This document shows positions 1 to 14,770 of a stretch of 64,000 nt of DNA, one piece after another. Each line of letters opens with the position of its first letter. The first letter of the stretch is position 1. The notes below the pieces were generated by a model, which saw only the letters and a program-made list of their open reading frames with translations, had not been told where the DNA came from and made no database searches. A program made the translations under genes and the position numbers. Origin of the DNA: the human T2T-CHM13v2.0 reference genome, Homo sapiens; the NCBI RefSeq assembly GCF_009914755.1, contig NC_060937.1. The stretch is one strand, 5' to 3'.

Positions 1-229
1 CGAGAATATATATTCTATGAACTTGATCTATCACTGTTGATATTGACCTTGGTCACTTGGCTGAGGTGGCATTTCTCAGGTTTCTTTACTGCAGTTACTT
101 TTTTTTTTTTTTCCCTTTCCACATTGTGCTTTTTGGGAGGAAGGCGCTCAGTACAGCTCGCACTTAGGTGCAGGGAGTCATACATCCCCCCCTTGAAGGT
201 GAAGTAAATTCTAGTATTTTTATATTAAT

Positions 230-600
230 GAATACTCAGCAATAAAAAGGTAAAAAGGACAGAAAGAAAAGGGAAGGAGCACAACTGAGACAAGGAACAA
301 CATAGTTGAACTTCACAAACATTAGGATGTGTGAAAGAATCCAGGTACAAACGTGTACATACTGTAAGATTTATTCATGTCAAAAACAGACAAAAATAAT
401 CTATGGCAATTAGAAGCAGAACAATGCTTGCATCAAGGGGCAGGTGATTGAACTAAAAAGGGGTACCAGGGAAATTTCTGTGGTTGATAAAATGTTCTAT
501 GTCTTGATTAGGATGTATTCACAACATTCAGTTAGCTGTAAACTTAAGGTCTTCGTTTTCACTTATGTAAATCATTTCTTAATTGAATTTTTTTTCAAAA
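230..600 (+). mobile_element. old L1M (L1ME-like) 3' fragment
   Basis: Degenerate L1 3'UTR motifs (aatgaatactcagcaataaaaagg; aaatgttctatgtcttgatt); boundaries approximate. Confidence 0.55.
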
Positions 601-2930
601 AAGGTCTTCTGCATGTAATGTCAAAGAAGTCATTAACAATTCTGGTTAAAAGCAATTTCAGTACAAGCGTTGTTGCAGATGGTTTTTTGGGAGCTTTTAG
701 TTAAATTTCCCTAAAAGACCTTCACAACGAAATGGAGTGAGTGAAAGAACAGCACTTACTGAAGATCACTAATTATACTTGAAAATTAGTGACATTATAC
801 TTGAAAATTAGAAGACAGAAATAGAGGAGTAAAGATCTACAAAGAACAAAAATCAAACTGCAGGAATATACAGTAACAGTGCTGACCTCATAAAGGAACT
901 AAAAATAGTTTATTGAGCACCTAACTGTTACAGCAATCCAAATGGGAGAAACAAAATGCAAAGAGATGACTAATGTCTGCCAACACGCTTACCTCTAGAC
1001 ACCAGTCTAGCAATGTAAAAATCTTACATCCTTTTATAGTGATCTTTGGAGATTTGCTAAATCCTTGAAGCACTCTAGTAAGAAATGACCCCTTAAGTGT
1101 TATGGCTTTTCAAGGACACTCATAGGTAGTATGGAACTATAATTTTTAAAGCATGTGTAAAAAGACATATAAAACAATATATTGTATAGCACAAAAAATC
1201 GGGGCACAATTCTCACGGTCATTAGTTATCAAATGAGTTGGTGGCTGCATCTCATTTTGCCTTCTGTAATTTGAGAAAATCTCTAGAAAACTAACAAGAA
1301 AACAGAGAAAATAGTTAAAATAGTTAACAAACTAAACTTCTCTGAGAATATATAAGGAAAATTATCCAGCTTGCTGAAGACAGGTAAATCACAAAACTTC
1401 TTCCTGTTGAAATACAAAAAAGATAATCTATTCTTCATGGAAATTGGAGTTCTCAGAAAAACTAACCACTCTGGGATTTAGCACTGACCATGAAGCAAAA
1501 AAGAAAAAACACTGGTGCCTTTACTTTGTATATTTGTCCTTGGATGGGAGAGGGTCAGGATGGTTATACAAATTTTTTTTCATTACTTCATTTACATTAA
1601 GTCTAGAACTATAAAAAAGAGCTTGGAACAGGGAGTTTGAGGTTCAGAGACTTTAAAAACCGCATTTAAAAATGGTGGGACTAAGCATTTAATTATTAAA
1701 GCAAAAACCAGCCTTTGAAGTTTTGAATTAAATGAAAAGAAGTATTAAAATATTAATGCAGAAAATCATATTCTAGTGAAAAACAAGAAAAATACAGACT
1801 TTAATCACACCAACTTTAATTAAATCTTCCTTCTAGCACATCTAGACTTTAAGCAATCACTTATTCTACCAACATTAATTGAGGACAGATATTGTTCTCA
1901 GCACTTGGTTTTCTGTGATGAACAAATGAAATTCCAGCTGTCAAATAACTCACTGTTTGCATTTTTTTGGATTTTTTTTTTTTTTTGGTTTTGCCTTGTT
2001 TTTTGGAATAGTATTATTTCAAGACTGGGAGAGAGATAAGATCTTCTCTCAGAATTCCTTCTAATCTCATAATTTTATTAAACATCTTGTTGCCAACTCA
2101 AGAGATCAGCATCATAACTCATACACATTGGTAAGAGCTTAAATAAATATATAGTTATTGTTGGGCTTTGAGAAAGGATATTAAATTACATACCGAGGGA
2201 GCTAAGGCCAACATAAAGAAACACTTACATCTCTGTTTTCACATTGCATGGGGTTTTTATTCCAAAGAACTCCTGAGCTTAAGCTATTTATTTAAGCATT
2301 TCTCCAATATCACAATATCAACTGGTTATTGCATTCTGTGTACCTTGATTTTTTCACTATTTAATGAGTATTTTAAGTTGTTTCATGTTAAACTCAAAGT
2401 GTTTAGATAACTGAACAGTTACTCAGACAAATGAGGGTTAGTTTTCTTTATATCTCTGTATCTATAAGTAAAAATAGAGATAGATGTTTCCTACTAAGAA
2501 ATGGTAAGGGGGCCTCATCAATCCATAAAATCAGCGAATAATTTTCATTGTAGAAGTACATATTGCCTCTAGCTATGAGTCCTCACTTTAATGTGTGAAG
2601 TAGAATTTCTATATGAGGAATAAAGAATTGCTGGATCAGATCTTTCCATGAGACTCAAGGATTGAATTTTGTCATAATTCTTTCTGAATCTGCCATTCTT
2701 ATTTTAGCTAAAATTGTTTTGCCTTGAGTGGAGCTGAGCTGGGGAGGCTTAACACATTGTCTGGCACCGTTATTTGGGATTCACTAAAATTCTTTATTTT
2801 GATTTTAAATTGTTTCCAAAAATAACTTCAGAGACCATTAGGTAAAATCATCAAAAATATTCAATAAGGAAATAATTGCCAGAGTTAAAAGTCGAAGTTC
2901 ATGTACCCTGGGTCTGGGATGGAAAGTTTT

Positions 2931-2983
2931 ACACACACGCAAACACACACACACACGCGCGCGCACACACACACACACGTGCA
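2931..2983. repeat. (CA)n/(CG)n compound microsatellite
   Basis: acacacacgcaaacacacacacacacgcgcgcgcacacacacacacacgtgca. Confidence 0.95.
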
Positions 2984-3588
2984 TATTTGAAAATACTTCC
3001 ATGATTGGTCATTGCTATCACATAACAGAAAACAGCTGCATTGAGTAAAGTAACAACTGGACAGCCATTGTAACCTTAGCTTTCCATTTGATACTCAGGA
3101 GAGAAACCTTCCTCTACATATGATAAAAAATATGACCACTACCATGATTAGTAAAGCAGTGAAGCAGCAAAACAACTCACTTCTCATCTCTCAGTCTCCA
3201 CCCTCTGCCCCTTTTGGTCAGTTTTCTCAAGGCCAATATTGCCTATCTCCACAGGGCAATTGGACTATTACATAACAGGCGCTAATACTTGTTTAAGAAA
3301 AAACATATATGATCTTTTAAAATGCTCATCCCCAGGAAGCTTAACGACTTTAAAATTAAAACAAGGCAGCCATGGAAAAGCTATTATTGGTAGAACTACA
3401 CAAGTTGACTTTTTTCTTAACTGTATTTATATTCTGGGGTCGATTTGGTAGCCTTAGTCCAAGTGCTCCAATGATAGCTTCAGGGATATTTTCATCTCTC
3501 CTCCTCTCTTGCACTGGCTTTTATTTTCAGTACTTCAGTCGGCTTTAGATGACACTTTTATCTGTTAGGGTTTCAAAATACAACAGCT

Positions 3589-3895
<307 letters not shown>

Positions 3896-3929
3896 CTATT
3901 GTAATTTCTAATACCGAAGACTAATTTTA

Positions 3930-6100
3930 TTTTTAAAGTTTGTATAAATAGAAATTGTATAGCATATATTTTCTTTCACGCCTGGCTTCTTTCAGTCATT
4001 ATTATGCTTTTGGCATTTATCCGTGTTACTGCTTTTAGTTGTAGTGTATTTATTATCCTTACTATATAGTATTCTATTATATGAGTATAACAATATTCTT
4101 TTCTTAATTCTATTGTTGATAAACCTTTTTAGGGTTATTTTCCATTTGGGGATATTGCAAATAGTGCTATGATGAACTTCCCTCTATTTTTACTTCTCAC
4201 GTTTTGCACACAGGTGAACATTTCACTGGATAAACATTTCATAGTAGTAGAATTCTAGGTCATAGAGTATGTAAATGTTTAGCTTTAATAGATATCAGCA
4301 GCCATTTGTTTACATTGGTCATTGTAATTTACCCTCTTACCAACAGTGAATGAGAATATCGATTGCTCCATTTACTTGCCTACTTTTGGTATTTTGGGTC
4401 TCGTTTTGTTTTGTCCTGGTTGTTTGGCTTTGAATTCTAGTAGGCATGAAGTGTTATCTCATTGTGATTTTATTTGCATTAGGCTAATGATTAATGAAGA
4501 GATCATGTTTTCATGTGTTCATTGGATGATAAAATTTCCTTTTTATGCTAAATATCTGTTAAATGTCTTGGTATTCATATTACGAATTCTTATTGTCAGT
4601 TGTTTTCTTATTGCTCTTTAGGAGTTATTTATATATTCTTGGACATAAGCCTTTCATTGCATTATGTGTATTGCTAAATCTCATGCTCTGTGATTTGTAA
4701 TTTTACTCAATTAATAATGTCTTGTGATAAATAATTTTTATATTTATTAAACTGTTTATCAATCTTCATTGTCAGTGTTTTTATTTGACCTTTAAGAAAA
4801 TTTTGCTTACACAATGGTTACAAAATATTTTCCTACATGCAAAGTTTTTTATTTTTTTACTTTCCTCATGTGTATTTAAAATCTATCTGAAATTGACTTT
4901 TAAGTATAGTCCAGTATATACTGTACTGATTGTGTATACATGGTAGGAGTCAAGACCATTCTGTTCTCTAAAGCTGTTCTACCCATTCATTCATGTATTT
5001 TATTATGAATAATGAATAATAAAATTTCCTAATTGAGAATAAATAATTACATTTATTCAGACTGCATTCTTCCCCTATGTCACAGCATATCATAAAACAA
5101 CCTTGTGTATATCATCTATATCTAAATTATGTATTATTCCATTAGTCTGTAATCCATTTTTAAGTGTCATGTGGTTTAATATTAAGTCTTAGTATTTGAT
5201 GTTGTAAGATTTCAATTTTGTTTTCTTCTTCAAGATTAGTCTTGGTTACTTGGGACCCTTCATCAGTACTCTATAAACATTTGAAAGTTCTTAGCCAGGC
5301 CTGGTGGCTTGTGCCTATAATCTCACCTACATGAGAGGATTGATTGAGCCTAGGGGGTTCAAGTCTGCAATAAGCTACAATTGCGCTACTGCACTCCAGC
5401 CTCAGTGATAGAGCAAGAACGTCATCTGTAACAAAAAAAAAAAATTTCTTGTTATTATCTACAAAAGAAATAACAGAAAACTTGCTAGAATTTAGATTAG
5501 AATTTGATTGGTTTTATAGATAAATTTTAGAACTGATAGCTTTACATGTTGAAACTTTTAATCCATAAACATAGCAGAACACAGCATTTCTTCCTCATTA
5601 AGTTTATTTCTAGAAATTTGATTTTCTTGTTATTATAAACTGTTCTTATAAAATTTCATTTAATAAAGGATTATATTTATTTGACAGATATGGAATATTC
5701 ATATTTTCTATTTCTTCTGAGTTTATTTAGTATTATAAAAGTTGCAATCTTTCTCACTGTATTACCAATATTGCCTGATATTAGCTGACTATACTAATTC
5801 TTTTAAAAAATAGTGTTTGTTACATTTTTATCCATTCCTCTATTTTCCTTTCAAATCATTATATATAGGGTCTGTATCCTAAAATTTAAGGGTTTATGGC
5901 TATGTAAGCCACATATAGGGGTTGTTATTGTTTGTTGTTACTGTTTTCATCCAGACTGTTAATCTTTTTTTAATTGGATAATTTAGGCCATTTATATTTA
6001 ATGTAATACTGATATATTTAGGTTACAGCTCACATTTTACTATTTGATATGTATTTCTCATCTTTTTTCTGTTTAATCTTCTGATCTTATTTTAGAGTAT
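3930..6100 (-). mobile_element. ancient L1M fragments (3'UTR/ORF2 remnants)
   Basis: T-rich strand bias; motifs such as tctcattgtgattttatttgcatt and ttcttcttcaagatt; interrupted by an Alu monomer. Confidence 0.65.
5294..5444 (+). mobile_element. Alu monomer (FRAM/AluJ right-arm like)
   Basis: gccaggcctggtggc...ctgcactccagcct...A-tail, single arm. Confidence 0.85.
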
Positions 6101-6625
6101 TTTTTATTTTTAATTAATAAATTTATTTTAAAAGTAACCCATAAAAATTGCATATATTTATCATGTACAACATCATGTTTTGAAATATGTACACATTATG
6201 GAATGGCTAAATTGAGCAAATTAACATATGCATTACCATACATACTTATTTTGTGTGTGTATGTGGTGAGAACACATAAAATCTCTCTTAGTAATTTTCA
6301 AGAACACAATACATTGTTGTTAACTATCATCAACATGCTGTACAATCAATCTCTCAAACTTATTGCACTAACTGAACTAAAATTTTGGATCTTTTGACCA
6401 TCTGCCCAAACACTTCTGCCCCCAGCCCTCGATGTCCACCATTTTACTCTCTGCTTCTATTAGTTCAACTTTTAAAAATTCCACATAAAAGTGACATCAT
6501 GTGGTATTTGTCTTTCTTTCTGGCTTATTTCAGTTAACATAATGTCCTCCAGGTTCATTCATGTTGTTGCAATTACAAGATTTCCTTTGTTTTAAAGGCT
6601 AAGCAGTACTCCATAGTGGATATAT
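6100..6625 (-). mobile_element. L1MA-type 3' end
   Basis: ggcttattttcagttaacataatgtcctccaggttcattcatgttgttgc; aatggctaaattgagcaaattaacatatgcattacc. Confidence 0.85.
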
Positions 6626-7916
6626 TATTATTTCTTGTTTAATTGCTCAATATTCATATTGACATTAAATATTTTTCAACATTGACTTGCATTATTTTTA
6701 CTATTTTCAGTGATTTCCCCAAAGATTAAAACATAATTTTTATTTATTATAGGTCAATGCATCAGTTATTTTACTAATCTATATTTAGTTATATTATTTA
6801 TAATATACTAATGTATATCAATCATTTTGCTTTCCACGCAACTCTTTAGAACTCAAAAAACCTTGTAACTGCATTTAACACCTCATTTTTGGTGTTAATG
6901 TTAGTTGTTCATATATTTAAATCATCATATCAGATTATATTTTTATTGTTTTATAGTAAATATTAGTTTATATTTTCTCATGTTTACATCCTCTTACTCT
7001 TCATTCCCTCTTACATTTTCATGTTTCCATCATGTTTTGTCATTTTTGTGAATGACTCTTATTTTTATTTTGTCTAAAACAAATCTTAATGAGAATAATT
7101 ATTTTGATTTTTGTTAACCATATCCCTTTTTTTTTAGTTTTTTTCTTTTTATTTTCCACTCATTTTTTACTCTGGAAGTTTCAGTGATTTATTTTTCAGT
7201 TCACCAATTCCCTCTTCTACTACATCCTAGCTACTGTGAGCTCATCTTTTAACTTCTTAATTACCATTATTACATTTTTCAATTCTAAGATTTTTATTAT
7301 GATTTCCTGAATTCTACATTATGGAGCATACTAATCTTGGTTATTTTTGTATCTGTTTTTCATACTTCTATTAACTGGATCATTGGTAAGAAGTGTGCTA
7401 ATTTTTTTCTTGAGTATTAAATATTATATATGAAAAATCAGGGAGACTCTGGATTGTTCTCCTCCTCCAGAAAGGTTGCAACATGTCCTCTGATGGTGAG
7501 ATTCAGTCAAGGCATATCATCTTAATCTAATTTAGGACAAGGCTAACTTAAGCTAGGTTAGAATGTGTTTAAGGCTCTGTCTCCTTGTAGCTTACACTCA
7601 TTCCTAGGACACTGCCCTCCAGTTGGTCAACCTGAAATCCTGAGGTTTCTTCCGTCACCGTTCTTGAGTATGATTACTGTCTCTAAATATTTCCGGAAAA
7701 TTCCATTATGTTTTTCAGTGGCTTTCTGATGTGCTTCTTATCCTTCTTTAGAATTCAGCAAACGCCTCTAAGGGAGAAAAAAAAATGTCCTAATTCTTTA
7801 TCTCTCTTTTCTCAACAATAACTTGATTTCACATCTCAGCTGTTTTGAAGTCACAAACTTTAGCTTATTCCTCTTTAGTCCTGTGAGATTAACAAATAGT
7901 GTGCTGATTTCTCTGC

Positions 7917-8854
<938 letters not shown>

Positions 8855-10659
8855 TCTCTGCTTCTTATTTGTATTTCTCCACTTAAAACCTTGGCTTCTA
8901 ATTTGTGGACCAATTAAAAAATGCCCAAAGGAGGGTGACTCTTAGAATGACCTTGTAAGTTTCTGAGTTTTTTTTTTTTTTCTGCAAACCCCTCATCTTT
9001 CAATTTCTAGTTGCTTTGGCAGCTCTCCGCTGTATTCAAACAAATGGTTTAGTCAAATTTTTCTCTTTGTTTTCAAGTTGGCTTATTGGTTTTCTGTAAG
9101 CTACTCCATAATGAATGGAAGCAGAAGTTTCAAAGAATAGCTGATAAATAAAAATGTTGTATAATTGCTGCAATTATTACTGTTGTTGATGCATTATTAT
9201 TTTTTTAATTCCATAGAACCAAAGCTTCTACACTGTTTTCACTAGGCAAGAGTAAGTGGCAATTGACAACCAAAAATTGAAAACCCTTATCTGTTACAGG
9301 TGTTCAGGTATTTGAGGTAGGCATTAGCTTTTAGTAGGGCATGGAGCATATCTCAAATGCAATAGCTTCCTATGAATACCTCATCACCAGTCACCAGTAT
9401 TGCTATAAAATCTAAAAAATTCAGCTTTTTTTTTTTAATGTAGCTAATATTTGGCCATCTATAAAAGTCAGATGTGTAATCTTTGCACATCCCCAAAACA
9501 TTTTACGCTGTATTTATCAATATGAAATATATAATTTTTAATTGAAAATACAAATCTCCTACTCCTCAATTAATCTATATTTAAAACTTTATTTTTTCAC
9601 AGATTTATAGAGAAAACTTTTTGCCCTTTAGTCCATGTGCCAAAAATACTTTTGGGTATAAAAATAGTTCTATTTCATCAGTGATTAACATATACAATAT
9701 ATTACAGAAAAAATCTTTTCCATATTATATTTTACCTGACATGTGTATTTATATAATATCCAAAACTTTTCATTGTGACAATTTTTTTGTCATCTTGAGA
9801 ATGTGTGTAAATATCACTGAGTGAAATCAATTGCTTTAAACTATAATGTGATGCAACTATGTGAAGTGGCTGCTTTAGTAAAATGTAGTTTTAATATGAA
9901 TTAATAGAAGTAGAGTGCCAGAACAAGACATGTGCAGATCCTGCTATGTTCTGTTGTGATCAGGACTTACTTCAATTTTGGTACTCTGCTTTAAACATCA
10001 TACATTAAAGGAAACATCAATTATAACATTGCACACAGTGTCACTAGATAGTGAAAGGCTCTTAAACACTGTTTGGGAAGAATAATTCACAGGACTGAAA
10101 TGAAGACAAGATTTGTCAAGTAACACATTCTCTAATATTTAGAAGTCTATAACACACAGGCTTAAGAGACATCCTGGGTCATTATGGGGGAAAGAATCCC
10201 AACTGGTCAACATATGAGTGAAAAACATTTTAATAACTGGAATTGTACTGTCACAGATAAATTAATATAGGAAGTAAAAAATGTATAAACAATTAAAAAT
10301 ATTTGATGATTTCACAGAGATGGTATCAAGGGGATAAAAACATCCTACCAGGAATAATCTAGGTGATTCCTAAGATTTCTTCCAATTCTAAAACTGAGAT
10401 TAAACAACGTTGTATAAAGTCAGATCTCTGCTTTTCTTTCTCATTTAGCATCTTAAAATTCATTTATGTGGAACATCAATCGTTGAACTGATTTGTCTCT
10501 TACGATTTGGGGGAAGGATTGAAATTTGAAAGTGATAATATGTATAATTTTATTATATCATAGTATTTAGCTCAAAAATTTCTGCTGTACGATCATTTCT
10601 ATAACTAGCAATAATAAAGGAGATAGGACCCATGGTTCAAGATCTTAAATCAAGCTAAA

Positions 10660-11440
10660 TTTCCTGTCACAAGGCTGGCTTTTCCTTCTGTGCCTAATAA
10701 TATGTTCATCATTTCCTTCTGAGACCTCACCAGGGGCATGTTTAACATTCATATTTCTGCCAAGCTGTCATGTTTTATCTCAGATGCTGTAAGCTTTCTC
10801 TACCGTGTTCCTCACAGCCATCTGAATTCTCACCAGAATTTCTTTTCACTCCACATTGCCACAAATCATTTCTTTGAGGCAATCTGGGTTTTCTCTATCA
10901 TGGTCCCCAAAATTCTTCCAGCCTCTGCCCATTAATCAGTCTCAAAACCACTTCCATATTTTTAAGCATTTGTTACAGCAGCACCTCATTTCCTGGTACC
11001 CAAACCTGTCGTTTCTTGGGGCTGCCATAGCTAAGTACCACAAACAGCGTGGCTTAAAGCAACAGGAACTTACTCTTTCACAGTTCTGGAGGCCAAAAGT
11101 CTGAAGCCAGGGTGTTGGCAGGGTCATTTTCCATCTGGAGACTCTGACAGAGAATCTGTTCCATGCCTTTTGGGTTATAATGCTTCTGTTCCAAGGCGTT
11201 CCTTGGTTTGCAAATCTATCTCTCCAATTTCTGCCTTCACGGCCTTCTTCCCTGTGTGTCTTTGTCTCTGTGAATGTCTCCTCTTAAAAGAACACAAATC
11301 ATTGAATTTGAGGCCCATCTAATCCAGTATGACCTCATCTGAATTAATTATATCTGCAAAGACCTTATTTCCAAGTAAGGTCACATTCTGAGGTTCCAGG
11401 TAGATGTGAATTTGGGAAGGACACTGTTCAATCCACCATA
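10660..11440 (-). mobile_element. ERVL-MaLR MLT1 LTR (~11005-11440) with adjacent internal remnant
   Basis: gctgccatagctaagtaccacaaac; cacagttctggaggcc; aaggtcacattctgagg; internal motif ttcttccagcctctgcccatt. Confidence 0.85.
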
Positions 11441-11879
11441 TAGGTTCTGTGTTCCTTAAGGTTTGTACCATGTGTGGTTCTAGAAGTCAACACAGTGCCT
11501 GGCACCTAGAATGAATGAACGATTCAGTGAATTTCCTCCATCACTAACTCTGTCAAATAAGAACAGTTAAGTGTCAAAGTTGAGGTGGATACATTAAATA
11601 ATGCTCACTTTATTTGAGCAAGATTTAAGAGTCAGCCTTGACTTTCAATTCTCTTGTGGGCCACATAAGCATTGCATGTCACACTGGGGTCTAATCTCAC
11701 TTGTCTGATTGTTCCCAAATAAGCTTGCTTGAGAAAAACATCCCCTCCATCTACTGAGATAGAAGTTTGCCATTTGCAGTTGAATCTATGCTATTCTGGA
11801 AAGATCTGTATCACATTCTTTACTCTGGTCCCTCCTACAAGAGAGGATCCTACTAGATCATCAACATTTCTGTATATTA

Positions 11880-12055
11880 GGAATGTGACTGTGTGACCTC
11901 AGTAAGCCACTTAATCTTTTTTCGCTCTGTTGTTTTGTAAAATGGGATTATTAATGTTACCTACTTTGTAGGGTTGCTATAAGCATGAAATAAGTTAATT
12001 TCTTAAAGTACTCAAAACTGTGTCTGGCACAGAGTAAATCCATGTTTGTTTAATA
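11880..12055 (+). mobile_element. MIR
   Basis: tgtgtgacctcagtaagccacttaatc...tgtaaaatgggatt core. Confidence 0.8.
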
Positions 12056-12608
12056 AATAGTATTTAATGTCAATCAATCAAAATCAATGAAGTTTCTCTG
12101 TAAACAAAGTATTAAGCAGCTACCAAGTTCTCAGAAGGGGTTGCCTGTTTCTTATAATTTTCTTAGAGACATAGCAACTTAGAACTGGTTTCATCAAGGT
12201 AGTTACTAAATTCAGCGACATGAAGGAAAGTTTTCTGAGAAGCATTTTCCTGGCTAAGCTTAAAGGTCTGTCTCTCAAACACTTCTGTTTTGGAGATATG
12301 ACATTTTATAGCATGAATGGAAAAAATTGTCTGGAAGTTATAGTGTTTTTTTAACATAACACTCACTATTGTACCTCACATTTTACGGTTTACAGAATGT
12401 TTGTTTTAAGTAGTCAGTAGGGTTGCAGAAAGTATAACTAACTTGCATCCTGATTTGTGAATCGCGTGTAATCTGAGCGCATCTGAAAGCCTGTTGGTGT
12501 CCTTTTCTTGGCTCATGGCTCACATACTCCCTTGAAGAGCTGTCAAAGTTGGCATGGCTTAAATGTCATTTTTTAAATTACTAAGGATTTAAAGTCAGGC
12601 TAAGGTTT

Positions 12609-12651
12609 TGTGTGTGTGTGTGTGTGTGTGTGCGTGCATGTGTGTATGTGT
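12609..12651. repeat. (TG)n microsatellite
   Basis: Read directly. Confidence 0.95.
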
Positions 12652-13512
12652 TGAAGATGAAAGAGTTTAGCAAATATCAGTTTATTGACTATGAAAATGT
12701 ATCCAGACTTCACTTAAACCACTTTTCTCACCCACCCATAGAACTGTTTCAATCAAGTTCAATCAAGGTGACACTAATGAGCTAACAGTCTTCCAGGTAG
12801 CAGTGACATTGACATCAGAAACATTCTATAGATCTTAGCCTTACCTTCTTATATGCATCCCCTCCCCCATCTTTTGTCTCTTTCCAGAGCCTGAAATCTG
12901 TTATTATTCCTCTTGGGAGGTCCGTTTACATTGAACACACATCTGGCTTAATTAGGTTGACAGCTGCTACAGGTACCGTTGGACAAGGTCCAGCCATCTC
13001 AGTGCATTCCCATTTACTTGACAGCTTAACCTTTCACAATCTCATCTTCAGAGTGCAAATGAACTTGAGAGATGTGCTTTTATTATTTGTTAATACATGC
13101 TCATTCTCTACCTTGCCACCAAAATCGTAATCAACAGAGACCACACTAAAAAGTAAAGGGTATTTCCCTAATGCCAACTGGTGAACTGCAAAGACCAAAC
13201 TACCCAAACCTATGAAAACTTGGCAAAAAAGCATAATAAGAAGTGGTCCAGGGCAGTTGGAGAAAAGGCTGAGAAAACAATCCCACTTTCAAGCTTATGG
13301 CTTGAGTTTGCTTACATAAAATCTTTAGGCAGTAAAAAGTGATTACAGTTATTTCTGCCTTCAGCCACAGCCAACAAAGAAGGTGGTCTTCAGATTCCCC
13401 ACATACACTGATGTTTTTCATCTACGCTGTTGTACTTCTAGCAATGGAGTGACCAAACATTTTGCACGTGCATACAGGAATAATCTGTTTGCTGCAAAGC
13501 CACTTGGTCTGT

Positions 13513-13853
<341 letters not shown>

Positions 13854-14299
13854 TTGGTCTGTGTTTTAAACCACCTGCCTTAAATGCCTTTGCAGTTGTT
13901 TTAATTAATTCATGCATAATTTTTTTCCACTAGAGCTTCATGTAGAAACAGCATTGAGAATAACAACTACTTTTGGCTGCCTCAACCCAAGCCCAAGCCC
14001 AAATTAATAAAAGCAGAGTCAATTCCAAAAGTCCCTTCCAAAGAAAGGTGGTTAGCTTTTTCGTACCATATTTACTTACAGCAGGAAAGTCCTTTATTTA
14101 ACAAATTACTATTTGACTTCCTGGAAGTTTAAACGTTTGATTCTCTGGGGCGATTGTATTTTCCCAAGAAGCAACACCTTTGGGAGGCCAGAGGACAAAA
14201 GGAAACTGAGGGTCATTCCGTTTTCCTGGACCATGATTTTCCTTTGGCTATTATTTTGAATCATTATAGCTAAATTGTTTTTCTTCTCCAAGAACTAAA

Positions 14300-14770
14300 A
14301 GTAGATCTACTATTCAATCTAGCAATCTTACTAGTGAGTATCTACCCAAAGAAGAAGAAATCATTATATCAAAAGAACACCTGCATGCGTATGTTCATTA
14401 CAGCACAGTACACAATTGCAAAGCCATGGAACCAACATAAGTGTACATCAATTGATTTTTGAATAAAGAAAATATAATATATATACACTATGGAATACTA
14501 CACAGCCATAAAAAAGAATAAAATAATGTCTTTTGCAGCAACTTAGATGGAGCTGTAGGCCATTATTCTAAGTGAAGTAACTGAGTAAGAGAAAAACCAA
14601 ATATGTTCTCATAAGTGAGAGCTAAGCTATGGGTAGGCAAAGGCAAACAGAGTGGTATAATACATACAGAGTGGTATAATACCTACAGAGTGGTATAATA
14701 CATACAGAGTGGTATAATGGACATTGCAGACTGCAGACTCAGAAGGGAGGCAGTGGAGGGGCATGAGGGA
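14300..14770 (+). mobile_element. L1PB/L1MA 3' fragment
   Basis: tatctacccaaagaagaagaaatcattatatcaaaa; ggccattattctaagtgaagtaact. Confidence 0.85.
14647..14718 (+). repeat. 19-bp minisatellite, ~3.8 copies
   Basis: Unit acagagtggtataatac(a/c)t. Confidence 0.95.

Noticed and set aside
772-811. 18-bp direct repeat attatacttgaaaattag
   Set aside because: Ordinary micro-duplication with a 4-bp spacer and no element between the copies
14647-14718. CRISPR-like array
   Set aside because: Head-to-tail repeat with no unique spacers, inside a human L1
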